Positions 16,401 through 24,344 are shown, counted from the first letter of the stretch. The stretch: 30,579 bases of DNA from Archangiaceae bacterium (GCA_043750125.1 JAYVCD010000118.1:1-30579), one strand, 5' to 3'. Made by a program: numbers and translations. The notes: a model not told the origin generated them from the sequence alone.

Positions 16401-18800
16401 CTGCGAGTCGGCATCGAGGCGCTCTTCCAGCGCTTCAGGGCTCCAGCCCGTGGCGTCCTCGAGCTCGAAGCAGACCTGCGCCTGGGGGTGCAGCTGGGCG
16501 AAGGGTTCGCCTCCGCGCGAAGAGAACGTGGTGCGCAGCGCAGGGTGCCGATCGATCAACGCCTGAAAGGCCTGCTGCAACGCCGTGGCATCGAGCTGCG
16601 AGTGGATCCGCACCGCACGCGCGAGATGGTAGGCGGTGCTGTTGGGCGCCAGCTGGTGCATGAACCACAGCGCGCGCTGCCCGTGCGACAGCGGGGTCGG
16701 GCCGAGCTCGAGCGCCGTCGGCGGTGGCAGCGCAGGCGCGAGAGTGAGTGCGTTGACGAGAGTGGCCGAGAGCTCTTCGACGCTCGCGCCTTCGAGAATT
16801 CTTGCCAGCGGGCAGTCGAGGCCCAGCTGATCCTCGATCATGTTCTTCAGCTCGACCGCCATCAACGAGTCGAGCCCCATCGAGACGATCGGCTCGGTCG
16901 AGCCCACGGTGCGGACGGGAACTTTCAACGCGCTCGCCAACCACGATCGCAGCAGCCCCCCAATCAGCGCCGGCCGTTCGGACAGCGCAGCGGCCATCAA
17001 CTCTGACCTCGAGAGCGCGGGAACAATCGGCTCTTCGACGCTCGCCACCGAAGCCACCACCGACAGCTCGCCTGACTCGAACGCCGCTCGGCAGGCGTGG
17101 CGCTGAATCTTTCCACTCGAGGTCTTGAAGATGCTGCCCGATTCGATCAACGCGAGCGCGTGCAGCTGAAGGCCGTGCTCGTCCGCGATCGCCTGACGAA
17201 CTGCGCGCGCCACCTCTTCGGAATCCGTGTCGCGATGAGCCCGCTCGAGCTCCTGGACCACCACCAGCTTCTCTTCACCGTCGAGCTCGACGCAGAACGC
17301 GGCGCCGCAGCCAGGTCGCAGCGCCGGGTGGCTGCTCTCCACCGTTCGCTCGAGATCCTGGGGGTAGTGATTTCTGCCGCGAATGATCAGCAGGTCCTTC
17401 AATCGCCCGGTGATGAACAGCTCGCCTTGCTGAAGGAAGCCCAGGTCTCCGGTGCGCAGGAAGGGACCTTCGCCGCCCGGAGCCAGAGTCGCGCGGAAGA
17501 AGCGCTCGGTCGCTTCGGGGTTGTTCCAGTAGCCCTGGGCGACGCTGTCTCCCTGCACCCAGATTTCGCCGACTTCTCCGGCACCACATTCCACCCGGGT
17601 GTCCGGGTTCGCGATCGCCAGCCGCTGCCCCTGCGTAGTCTTGCCACCGCCCACCAGGGTGCGCGCTTCGCCCGAAGGTTCGGCGATCTGATGACGCAGC
17701 AGCGCGGCGGCATCGAAGTGGCCCACCACCGGTGCTTCGGCCACGCGGCCGCCTGTGATCAGCAAGGTGCCTTCGGCAAGGCCGTAGCAGGGGTAGAAGG
17801 CTTCCCGTCGGAACCCCGCGGGCGCGAAGGCTTCGACGAACCGGTCGAGGACCTCGGTTCGAATCGGCTCGGCGCCGTTGAAGGCGACGTTCCACCGGCT
17901 CAAGTCGAGCGCCGCGCGATCTTCAGGCGTCGTCTTCCGCACGCAGAGGTCGAAGGCGAAGTTCGGGCCACCGCTGGTGGTCCCGCCATATTTCGAAACG
18001 GCCTTCAGCCACCGCAGCGGCTTGGTGAGGAAGTCGATCGGCGAGAGCAGCGTGCCGGGAAAGCCCCCGTACAGCGGCTGGAGGATCCCTCCGATCAACC
18101 CCATGTCGTGGTACGGCGGAAGCCAGATCACCGCGTGACTGGCGGGGCTGTGCTCGTAGCAATCGTGAATCAGCCCCGAGTTGTGGAGCAGATTTCCGTG
18201 GCTCAACATCACGCCCTTCGGCGTCGAGGTAGACCCCGAGGTGTACTGAAGAAACGCGAGCGTCTGCCGACCGATCTCGGGCGGGGCCCACGCATTTTCC
18301 AGCCCGGGACTCAAGTCGTCCGTCGCCAGCCAGCGCAGCGCCTGAAGATCTCGAGCGTCGGCGAAGGCGCTTTGCATCAGCTCGAGAATGAAGCCCTGGG
18401 TCAACGCGAACTGCGCCCCCGCATCGCTGGCGATTGCCTGCAATCGGGGCAGCGTTCGCGCCAGCCGCGCCGGATTCGGTGGGTACGCCGGCACCGCAGT
18501 GACGCCCGCATACAGGCACCCGAGGAACGCGGTGATGTACTCGAGACCCGGAGGGTAGATCAGCAGTGCCCGGCCCCCCGTCGCTCCCGATTGCTGGAGC
18601 AACGCGGCGACCGCTCGCGCTTTCGAATCGAGCTGCGCGTAGCTGATGCAGACCGCGTCGTCCTCGCCGTCCTGAAGGAATCGGTAGGCAAGGCCATCGG
18701 GCTGATGCGCCGCTCTGCTGCGGGCCAGCTCGACCAGAGTCTGTGCGTCGGTCGCCAGCGCCGGGCGCCGAGAGCCGATCGACAATCCGTGCGGGGACAC
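13449..18800 (-). CDS. Starter NRPS: FAAL-ACP-C-A-PCP (start codon approximate, GTG at 18800)
   Basis: FAAL motifs LAFLQYTSGSTSTPKG, WLPPYHDMGLIG, GGPNFAFDLC, FYPCYGLAE plus insertion, GRNHYPQDLE and KTSSGKIQR. ACP MGLDSLMAVEL. C domain HHLVADFWS. A domain YTSGSTGRPKG with code DVENVGGITK. PCP FFDLGGHSL. The ORF-track start at 19463 lies inside the aminotransferase gene. Confidence 0.94.
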   Translation of the reverse strand: MSPHGLSIGSRRPALATDAQTLVELARSRAAHQPDGLAYRFLQDGEDDAVCISYAQLDSKARAVAALLQQSGATGGRALLIYPPGLEYITAFLGCLYAGVTAVPAYPPNPARLARTLPRLQAIASDAGAQFALTQGFILELMQSAFADARDLQALRWLATDDLSPGLENAWAPPEIGRQTLAFLQYTSGSTSTPKGVMLSHGNLLHNSGLIHDCYEHSPASHAVIWLPPYHDMGLIGGILQPLYGGFPGTLLSPIDFLTKPLRWLKAVSKYGGTTSGGPNFAFDLCVRKTTPEDRAALDLSRWNVAFNGAEPIRTEVLDRFVEAFAPAGFRREAFYPCYGLAEGTLLITGGRVAEAPVVGHFDAAALLRHQIAEPSGEARTLVGGGKTTQGQRLAIANPDTRVECGAGEVGEIWVQGDSVAQGYWNNPEATERFFRATLAPGGEGPFLRTGDLGFLQQGELFITGRLKDLLIIRGRNHYPQDLERTVESSHPALRPGCGAAFCVELDGEEKLVVVQELERAHRDTDSEEVARAVRQAIADEHGLQLHALALIESGSIFKTSSGKIQRHACRAAFESGELSVVASVASVEEPIVPALSRSELMAAALSERPALIGGLLRSWLASALKVPVRTVGSTEPIVSMGLDSLMAVELKNMIEDQLGLDCPLARILEGASVEELSATLVNALTLAPALPPPTALELGPTPLSHGQRALWFMHQLAPNSTAYHLARAVRIHSQLDATALQQAFQALIDRHPALRTTFSSRGGEPFAQLHPQAQVCFELEDATGWSPEALEERLDADSQKRFELERGPLFRVSLFRRGPQDHVLLLVVHHLVADFWSLVQLVSELVPLYLQARAGKPLSLPLPGATPADHTQWQSALLQSPEGAQLWEYWRSNLAGVLPTLELHTDRPRPAVQTYRGASHAFSIDPALTVKLKALAQSSGATLYATLLAGFQVLLHRYSGQDDLLIGSPAAGRSRSRFTGLFGYLVSPVVLRARFEDQPSFATLLERTRRSVLGALEHQDFPLPLLVERLQPRRDPSRSPLFQTMFVLQRAHALADEGMTAFSLDEAGARMELGGLSIESLALSRRVAQFDLTLSLAEVGPGLSGAFEYNSDLFEPSTLSRMAEHFQVLLAGIVDAPQTAVGAFALESDANPRAPRLARVAGSCVGVTRRVAAQAALSPEAIAIQCGEERLTYRDLDERANRLAHRLVEQGIGLETIVGVCLPRSPELVVAELAILKAGGAFLPLDPSLPADRLAFMLDDSRAQLLITTTPLAAVLPSTPRALLLIDRESPALNLQGAEAPKVEPKGEQLAYVVYTSGSTGRPKGVLVTHGAFASYLDGAQGFLRLSPTDRVLQLSGIGFDVAAEEIFPTLCRGATLVLWPEQGVPGIPELVKFLDRERLTVVNLPSPYWHIWVEALGSERNRPPRSLRLVVTGSEKTSSLHFERWRRAVGIQPALISGYGPTEATITSLVFEPESDAMSVDTACLPIGRPVGAIEAWVLDPLKRPVPTGVPGELWLGGPQLARGYLGLPELTAARFVPAPFDTGSRLYGTGDRVRQLPDGNFEFLGRLDEQIKVRGFRIEPGEIEATLATHPTVRQAVVIARPDAAGSAQLLAYVVSVDPTPDANGLRAWLKARLPEPMIPAIFTFLSSLPLSVNGKIDRRALPVPVVVPRASIAPTNDLERLIAKVWREALGLEQVGIQDNFFDLGGHSLLMVRVHSKLEDVLGRSVTMVELFQHPTIHELAAFLSQAADPNQGIREVQDRASRQRAALEKARKKRSPSS

Positions 18801-18805
18801 GGCCG

Positions 18806-20140
18806 TCAGTGCCCGTTCGCGTGCTGCAAAGGCTTGGCAACAGCCGGCCGAATCATCGCGGCGATGGAAATGTCCTGCGGCTGCGAGCCCAGAACTTCCG
18901 CCAGTGCGCTCGACAAAATCTCGAGCCCCGCCACCAGCTGCGCGCGGGGAATGGTGAGCGCGGGCAGCACCTTGAGCACGTTGTCTTCGCGGCCACAGCG
19001 CTCGAGGATCAAGCCCGCCTCGAAGCAGCGCCGTTGTATCTCGGTCGCAGCAGCAGGCCCCCCGCATTGCGCGAGGTCCAGGCCGGCGACCATTCCGATG
19101 CTCCGCACCTGCAGCTGGGGGTACGCGCGGCCAATGGACGTGGCGTAAGCCTGAATCAGCTGGCTCTTCTCGCGCAGGCCCTGCAGGAAGACCTCGTCTT
19201 TCCAGTACTCGAGCGCAGCGGTCGCCGCGACCAGGGACAGCTGGTTGGCGCGGAAGGTCCCGGTGTGTTCTCCGGGCGACCAGCGATCGAGCTCGCGCTT
19301 CATCAGCACCACCGCCATCGGAAGGCCGTACCCGCCAATCGACTTCGAGAGCGTCACGATGTCCGGCTGAATTCCCGCCCGATCGAATGAGAAGAAGTCT
19401 CCGGTGCGGCCGCAGCCCACCTGAATGTCGTCGCAGATCATCAAGATCTCGAAGCGGTCGCACAGCGCGCGAAGCCCCTGGAGGAACTCAGGAGTCGACG
19501 GGTAGACCCCACCGTCCATCTGCACCGATTCCAGAATCACGGCCGCCGGACGTTCGACGCCCGAGCAGCTGTCCTCGAGCAGGCGCTTCATCAGCCCCAG
19601 CGAGTCGAAGGCTCCGTGCGGCCCATCGGGAAACGGAATGAAGGTCGTGTTCGACAGCGGCACGCCCACCGCGGCCCGCACGCCCAGGCTGGCCGTGACC
19701 GAGCTGCTGCCCATCGTCATGCCGTGGAAGGAACCGGTGAACGCGAAGATTCCGGTTCGGCCGGTGATCTTTCGCGCCAGCTTCAGCGCGGCCTCGACCG
19801 CGTTGGCGCCCGTCGGCCCCGGAAACTGAATTTTGTAATCGAGCCCGCGCGGCGCGAGCACGGTGTCGACGAAGGTCTGCAGGAACAACGCCTTCTGCGT
19901 CGTGTAGACGTCGAGCCCGTGAACGATTCCGTCCGCGCCCAGGTACTCGAGCAGCTTTTCTTTGATCGGCTCGGGGTTGTGGCCGTAGTTCAGTGCGCCT
20001 GCGCCCGCGAAGAAGTCGAGGTACCCGCGACCTTCGGTGTCGAAGATCTGAGAGCCCTTGGCGCGCTGGAAAATCTTCGGAAACACCCGGCAGTACAAAC
20101 GGACTTCGGACTCGTGCTGCTCGAAGACGCGCGTCGACAT
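18806..20140 (-). CDS. ectB: Diaminobutyrate--2-oxoglutarate aminotransferase (class III PLP enzyme, EctB/PvdH family)
   Basis: N-terminus MSTRVFEQHESEVRLYCR, then YLDFFAGAGALNYGHN, QFPGPTGANAVEAALKLARK, FHGMTMG, DDIQVGCGRTG, the PLP lysine motif LSKSIGG and PGEHTGTFR. Confidence 0.92.
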   Translation of the reverse strand: MSTRVFEQHESEVRLYCRVFPKIFQRAKGSQIFDTEGRGYLDFFAGAGALNYGHNPEPIKEKLLEYLGADGIVHGLDVYTTQKALFLQTFVDTVLAPRGLDYKIQFPGPTGANAVEAALKLARKITGRTGIFAFTGSFHGMTMGSSSVTASLGVRAAVGVPLSNTTFIPFPDGPHGAFDSLGLMKRLLEDSCSGVERPAAVILESVQMDGGVYPSTPEFLQGLRALCDRFEILMICDDIQVGCGRTGDFFSFDRAGIQPDIVTLSKSIGGYGLPMAVVLMKRELDRWSPGEHTGTFRANQLSLVAATAALEYWKDEVFLQGLREKSQLIQAYATSIGRAYPQLQVRSIGMVAGLDLAQCGGPAAATEIQRRCFEAGLILERCGREDNVLKVLPALTIPRAQLVAGLEILSSALAEVLGSQPQDISIAAMIRPAVAKPLQHANGH

Positions 20141-20142
20141 GG

Positions 20143-20391
20143 TCAGACCTGCCCTGACGCGTTGAAGTCGCCCGGGGTGAGGTTGTGCTTCTTGAAGAGC
20201 TTGCGGACGTAGACGCGATCGATGCCCGCCACCCGCGAGGCCTTCGACACGTTCCCGCCACATCGACGCGCCAGCTGCTCGAGGTACTCGCGCTCGAAGG
20301 CGTTGACCAGCTGCTCTTTGGCCTCTTTGAACGGAACCGGCGAGGCCAGGTCACCCGATGAGTCCTCGTACTTGTAGCTTCCCTCGTCCAT
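20143..20391 (-). CDS. Stand-alone Fis-type helix-turn-helix protein (82 aa), resembling the C-terminal DNA-binding domain of sigma54 enhancer-binding proteins
   Basis: PFKEAKEQLVNAFEREYLEQLARRCGGNVSKASRVAGIDRVYVRKLFKKHNL. GGAGAA RBS just upstream of ATG 20391. The stop lies 2 bp before the aminotransferase start. Confidence 0.85.
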   Translation of the reverse strand: MDEGSYKYEDSSGDLASPVPFKEAKEQLVNAFEREYLEQLARRCGGNVSKASRVAGIDRVYVRKLFKKHNLTPGDFNASGQV

Positions 20392-20527
20392 GGCTTCTCC
20401 CGCGAAGGAGCGCCGGCCCCTTCTGCTTGGGTGAAGGGGGGAGGCCCAAAACGTTGCATTTAATTCTCTCGAATCTCGCAAAACACCCGCGATTCAAGCG
20501 CTTGGCCGGGAAGGTGAGGCACCCGAA

Positions 20528-21571
20528 CTAATCATTGCGAATGATCACCTTCAGCGCGCGCTCTCGCATCGCATGTCCGAAGGTGTCGTAGGCCTTCGCC
20601 ATTTCGCTCAGTGCGAAGCGGTGGGTAATCAACTGGGCCGGCTTGACCTTCCCCGAGGCGACCGTCTTCATCAGCAGCGGAGTGCTGACCGTATCGACGA
20701 GGCGGGTGGTCAGCGTGATGTTGTGGGACCAGAGCTTCTCGAGGTGCAGCTGCGCCGGCTTGCCGTGGACCCCGATGTTGGCGATGTGACCTCCGGCGGT
20801 GACGATTTCCTGGCACACGTCGAAGGTCGCCGGGATTCCGAGCGCTTCGATCGCCACGTCCACGCCCCGGCCTGCGGTGAGCTTCATGATCTTCTCGGCA
20901 GCCTTCCCATCGGTGTTGTTGACCACGTCTGTCGCTCCGAGCTTCTTTGCGACCTCGAGCCGGTTGTCGTCGGTGTCCACCATCACGATCCGGGCGGGCG
21001 AGTAGAACTGCGCGGTCAGCAAAGCGGCCAGGCCGATCGGGCCAGAGCCGACGATCGCGACCGTGTCTCCGGGCTTCACCTGCCCGTTGAGAACCCCACA
21101 CTCGAACCCGGTGGGCAGAATGTCGCTCAACATCACCAACCCCTCTTCGTCCGCGCCGTCGGGAACCGCGTAGAGGCTGTTGTCTGCGAAGGGAATCCGC
21201 ACGAACTCGGCCTGGGTCCCGTCGATCAGGTTGCCCAGGATCCAGCCCCCGCCATTTTCGCAGTGCGAATACATGCCCCTGCGGCAGTTCGGGCAACGCC
21301 CGCAAGACGAGATGCACGAGACGATGACGTGGTCTCCGACCTTGAAGCTGGCGACGTTGGCCCCGATCTGATCGACGACGCCCACGCCTTCGTGCCCGAG
21401 GATCCGGCCGGCAGTCACCGCCGGAACATCACCCTTGAGGATGTGCAGATCAGTTCCGCAGATGGTCGTCTTGGTGATGCGGACGACGGCGTCGGTCGGC
21501 GCTTGAATCGTGGGTTTCGGCTTTTCTTCGAGCCCGCACTTTCCGGGTCCCTGGTACACGAGTGCTTTCAT
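20528..21571 (-). CDS. Zinc-dependent alcohol dehydrogenase (MDR family)
   Basis: TICGTDLHI, GHEGVG, structural Zn site CGRCPNCRRGMYSHC, SDILPTG and Rossmann GSGPIG. AAGGAG RBS at 21580-21585. Confidence 0.95.
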   Translation of the reverse strand: MKALVYQGPGKCGLEEKPKPTIQAPTDAVVRITKTTICGTDLHILKGDVPAVTAGRILGHEGVGVVDQIGANVASFKVGDHVIVSCISSCGRCPNCRRGMYSHCENGGGWILGNLIDGTQAEFVRIPFADNSLYAVPDGADEEGLVMLSDILPTGFECGVLNGQVKPGDTVAIVGSGPIGLAALLTAQFYSPARIVMVDTDDNRLEVAKKLGATDVVNNTDGKAAEKIMKLTAGRGVDVAIEALGIPATFDVCQEIVTAGGHIANIGVHGKPAQLHLEKLWSHNITLTTRLVDTVSTPLLMKTVASGKVKPAQLITHRFALSEMAKAYDTFGHAMRERALKVIIRND

Positions 21572-21632
21572 TTCAGCTGCTCCTTGTCTGACGTGAGAGT
21601 TGAAGTCGGGTTGAGACTTTGATCAGGTCTTG

Positions 21633-21648
21633 AGCAGCGCCCGTGCCA
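21633..21648 (-). promoter_or_regulatory. sigma54 (-24/-12) promoter for the alcohol dehydrogenase gene
   Basis: The minus strand reads TGGCACGGGCGCTGCT, i.e. GG-N10-GC with a consensus TGGCACG, about 60 bp upstream of the ATG. Confidence 0.8.
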
Positions 21649-21669
21649 CGGTCCTCCGGCGGCCGCGGC

Positions 21670-21714
21670 CTTCAGAAGGTGCGCCTCTCCTGGGTTCGTG
21701 CAGCTCTTGCACGA
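21670..21714. promoter_or_regulatory. Tandem palindromic activator box: GTGCA-N5-TGCAC (21698-21712) plus degenerate copy (21670-21684)
   Basis: TCGTGCA-gctct-TGCACGA is a perfect 7-5-7 inverted repeat. Its reverse complement matches 24302-24316 at 14 of 15 positions. Confidence 0.7.
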
Positions 21715-21736
21715 CACAGTCCCCCTCACCGGGGAC

Positions 21737-21752
21737 TGGCGCGCAGATTGCT
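21737..21752 (+). promoter_or_regulatory. sigma54 (-24/-12) promoter for the CxxCH protein gene
   Basis: TGGCGCGCAGATTGCT gives GG-N10-GC with TTGC at -12. Confidence 0.8.
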
Positions 21753-21764
21753 CAGGGCTCCGGC

Positions 21765-21824
21765 ATGACCATTCCCTCTGCCGTTCACCTCACTGAAGCT
21801 TCGTCCCGCCGGGCGCTTTCATGA
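21765..21824 (+). CDS. Possible 19-aa leaderless upstream ORF (MTIPSAVHLTEASSRRALS) coupled to the next gene
   Basis: The ATG sits about 2 nt after the predicted sigma54 start site. Its TGA overlaps the 21821 ATG (ATGA). The 21821 ATG has no obvious RBS. Confidence 0.4.
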   Translation: MTIPSAVHLTEASSRRALS

Positions 21825-22960
21825 TCGCGCTCGTGCTCGCAGTCCTCGCTGTCACTCCGGCCGAGGCGAAGAAGGCGCAGACCGTCGCAGCGATGCATTC
21901 AGCAATGCATGCGGTGGTCAGCCTGCAGCCCTACCTGACCAGCCCGACGGCATTTCGCGATCCCGCCAACGCGTCTGTCATCGGGACCGAGCTCGAGGCC
22001 CTCTCGAACCTCAAGCACCACTTCATGATGCCCGGAAGGCAGAACGTCGCACTCGAGACGCTCGCCGGGGTCTTCGGCGATCACGTCGACGAGGCCCGCG
22101 CCGAGTTCAAAGCTGGCAACACCGAAGCCACCCGGGCGCGACTGCGCGGCATCACCAGCCTTTGCTTCGCCTGTCACACCCGCCAGAGCGTCTCGAAGGA
22201 CTTCGTCGACGTGGCCAAAGTGGTCGAGTCGATGAATCTTCCCCCGCTGCGAAAAGCAGAGTTCTTCGCCACCACCCGCCAGTTCGATCTCGCGCTCGCC
22301 GCCTGGAACACCGCCCTCGAAGCTGCCCCGAAGAGCGAGGCCGAGGCCTTCGACCAAACCGCCGCGATGCGCCAATACGTCGCGGTCCTGGTGCGGGTAA
22401 GGGACGATCGAAAGGCCAGCGTCGCGGCACTCTCGAAGCAGCTGGCGCGAACGGACCTGCCTGTCTTCTCCCGGCGGATCCTCGAGCAGTGGCTGCGCGA
22501 CGCCAAGGTGTGGCAGGCCGACGATTTCGTTGCGAGCACCGCGACCGCCGCGGCGCTGGTGGCCAAAGCGGGCGCGCTGATCGCCAGCTCGGGAGCCGCC
22601 CAGTCGCCGATTTCGGACGAGACCCGGTTCATCCCCACCCTGCGTGCAACCGGTTACCTTCACGCGGCGCTCGAGAAAGAGCCTCAGGCGGGCTCGCGGG
22701 TCGAAGCGCTCTACCTGCTGGGAGTGGCGACCGCCGCCACGCTGGATCCCCTGCTGTGGGACCTCGACAGCCTGTACCTCGAGGCCTGCATTCGAGAGAA
22801 GCCGCACTCCGGCATCGCCCGGCAATGCGCCGACCGAATGTACGATCGCGCCTGGTTCGGTTGGACCGGCAGTGGCGGGACGCGCATTCCGCCCGACGTG
22901 GCGCAGCGGCTGGGAGAGCTCAGGGTGTTGGCGAGCCCGATCGAGCCCGCCGTGCGCTGA
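21821..22960 (+). CDS. Secreted monoheme c-type cytochrome-like protein of unknown function
   Basis: Signal peptide MIALVLAVLAVTPAEA, a single heme motif CFACH, and a helical-looking C-terminal half with a Cys pair (CIREKPHSGIARQC) and GWTGSGGT. Confidence 0.8.
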   Translation: MIALVLAVLAVTPAEAKKAQTVAAMHSAMHAVVSLQPYLTSPTAFRDPANASVIGTELEALSNLKHHFMMPGRQNVALETLAGVFGDHVDEARAEFKAGNTEATRARLRGITSLCFACHTRQSVSKDFVDVAKVVESMNLPPLRKAEFFATTRQFDLALAAWNTALEAAPKSEAEAFDQTAAMRQYVAVLVRVRDDRKASVAALSKQLARTDLPVFSRRILEQWLRDAKVWQADDFVASTATAAALVAKAGALIASSGAAQSPISDETRFIPTLRATGYLHAALEKEPQAGSRVEALYLLGVATAATLDPLLWDLDSLYLEACIREKPHSGIARQCADRMYDRAWFGWTGSGGTRIPPDVAQRLGELRVLASPIEPAVR

Positions 22961-22969
22961 ACCCCGGGC

Positions 22970-24250
22970 TCACGGTTCCGGGCGGCGCACGACGAGCACC
23001 GGGCGCGTGCTCACGTCGAGCACGCCCTGGGCCGTCGAGCCGAACACCAGCTTCGACAGCGAAGTGTTTGCGCGGGAGCCAAGGCAAATCACCGAGCTCG
23101 AGAACCGCTCGGAAGCGGCGACGATCGCGTCGGCCGGCCTGACAGCCACCAGCGCGTGCGCATTGATCAGGACGCCTCGACTGCGCATCTCGGCAGGCAC
23201 CCGTGCCATCAACTGGTCGATGATCTTCCGTTCTTCCGCGGCCGTCGGCGGCTTGCTCGAGACGTTCACCAGGTCCGCCGTTCCGCCGGGCGCCACGATC
23301 CCCAGTCCCCAGGCCACTGCGCTGTCACCGGTGGGCGAGAAGTCTGTGGCAATCAGCACCCGTTCGGCATGGGCAAGCTGCGGAGGTTGATCCGCTTCAC
23401 CCTGCCCTGCAGGCACGCTGACCACCGACATCGGCGCCGTCTGAAGACACTGCTCAGAGACGCTCCACACCCCGGCCAGCGCCTTGCGATGGTGGGTGCC
23501 CAACACCAGCAGATCGATCTTCTCTTCGGAAGCCAGGGCGCCCAGGTGGTCCGAGACACGTCCGGTCGCAGCCATGAACCGCGCGCGGTGGGGCAGCGAG
23601 GCAGGCACCTTCGCGCTCAATTCCCGGTGAAGCGCCTCGAGCAGCGCGGGGTCCACGGCGTTCCAGGTCTGGGGAAGCGGAAGCCCAAACCGGTAGTACT
23701 CGGCGGCCGGAAAGAAGACGTGCCCCGCGACGAGCTCGATTTTTCCAAACTTGCTCAGCTGCTCGATCCACCGCACCGCGATGTCCGTGCTTCGCGTCTG
23801 GTCGACCCCCAACATCACCCGAAGTGTCCGCTTGCCCCGCGCCCACTCAATCAGGGGCTCCGGGTTTCGTACCGCCAGAAGGGGTGCCTCCAGATGCAGC
23901 CCCAGCCGAGCCAGCAGGCCCGTACCGGTAAACCCGGGGTCCCGGGGCACATCACCGGCGATCACCAGCGACACCTTGTTGTCGGCCACGAAGGGCGGCA
24001 GCGCGCGGTGGAGTTTTCCCATCAGCAACGCGGGATGAACATTAGCCCCGAGCTTCCGCAGGCGAGCCGCCTCGCCCTTCAGGGTGTCGTTGGCCGTCGC
24101 CAACACCTGCTCGCCAAACGCCTTGGCCGTGTCGTTGGCGAGCACGAAGACCAACCAGAGATCCACACCCCGTTGGCGGGCAAGCTCGGCAGCGACGGTG
24201 GATGCATGGATCGCTTCGGGGGAAAAATTGGTCGCGCAAAGAATGGACAT
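22970..24250 (-). CDS. Universal stress protein, three tandem Usp-like domains
   Basis: Domain starts ILCATNFS, VMLGVDQT and VLIATDFS, with IDLLVLGTHHR, ICLGSR and LVFGSTAQGVL...RPVLVV. Start taken as ATG 24250, not 24397. Confidence 0.9.
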   Translation of the reverse strand: MSILCATNFSPEAIHASTVAAELARQRGVDLWLVFVLANDTAKAFGEQVLATANDTLKGEAARLRKLGANVHPALLMGKLHRALPPFVADNKVSLVIAGDVPRDPGFTGTGLLARLGLHLEAPLLAVRNPEPLIEWARGKRTLRVMLGVDQTRSTDIAVRWIEQLSKFGKIELVAGHVFFPAAEYYRFGLPLPQTWNAVDPALLEALHRELSAKVPASLPHRARFMAATGRVSDHLGALASEEKIDLLVLGTHHRKALAGVWSVSEQCLQTAPMSVVSVPAGQGEADQPPQLAHAERVLIATDFSPTGDSAVAWGLGIVAPGGTADLVNVSSKPPTAAEERKIIDQLMARVPAEMRSRGVLINAHALVAVRPADAIVAASERFSSSVICLGSRANTSLSKLVFGSTAQGVLDVSTRPVLVVRRPEP

Positions 24251-24262
24251 GACCCGACGCAG

Positions 24263-24278
24263 AGCAAGCTGCGAGCCG
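24263..24278 (-). promoter_or_regulatory. sigma54 promoter for the usp gene (predicted leaderless transcript)
   Basis: The minus strand reads CGGCTCGCAGCTTGCT (GG-N10-GC, TTGC). Predicted +1 is about 24252 and the ATG is at 24250, with no RBS. Confidence 0.7.
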
Positions 24279-24301
24279 CTGAGCGCTCTTCTGAGAAGAC
24301 C

Positions 24302-24344
24302 GTGCAGGAGCTGCACCCCAACGGTTCCGGCGCAGGCCCCGCAG
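24302..24344. promoter_or_regulatory. Tandem palindromic activator box: GTGCA-N5-TGCAC (24302-24316) plus degenerate GCGCA-N5-CGCAG (24330-24344)
   Basis: GTGCAG-gag-CTGCAC inverted repeat, with the same 13-bp gap to the second box as at 21670-21712. Confidence 0.7.

Noticed and set aside
2400-16700. Recurrent similar nucleotide stretches across the NRPS/PKS genes
   Set aside because: They are explained by paralogous C, A and PCP core motifs, not by mobile or CRISPR repeats.
113-19148. Very long plus-strand ORFs (113-1807, 1829-4021, 4940-6400, 8381-12781, 13329-14759, 14808-17006, 17097-19148)
   Set aside because: They are antisense shadows of GC3-biased NRPS/PKS genes, with Arg/Gln/Gly-rich translations and no recognisable motifs.
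18801-19463. 221-aa N-terminal extension of the FAAL-NRPS in the ORF track
   Set aside because: It overlaps the aminotransferase in another frame and is low-complexity. FAAL similarity begins only after about 18750.
18806-20263. Ectoine biosynthesis role and the longer 20263 start for ectB
   Set aside because: No ectA, ectC or ask is nearby, and a Dab-type A domain is in the same operon. The longer start overlaps the HTH gene.
21717-21738. Inverted repeat CAGTCCCC-N6-GGGGACTG next to the sigma54 -24 box
   Set aside because: It has no sequence counterpart in the second control unit, so I could not support a function.
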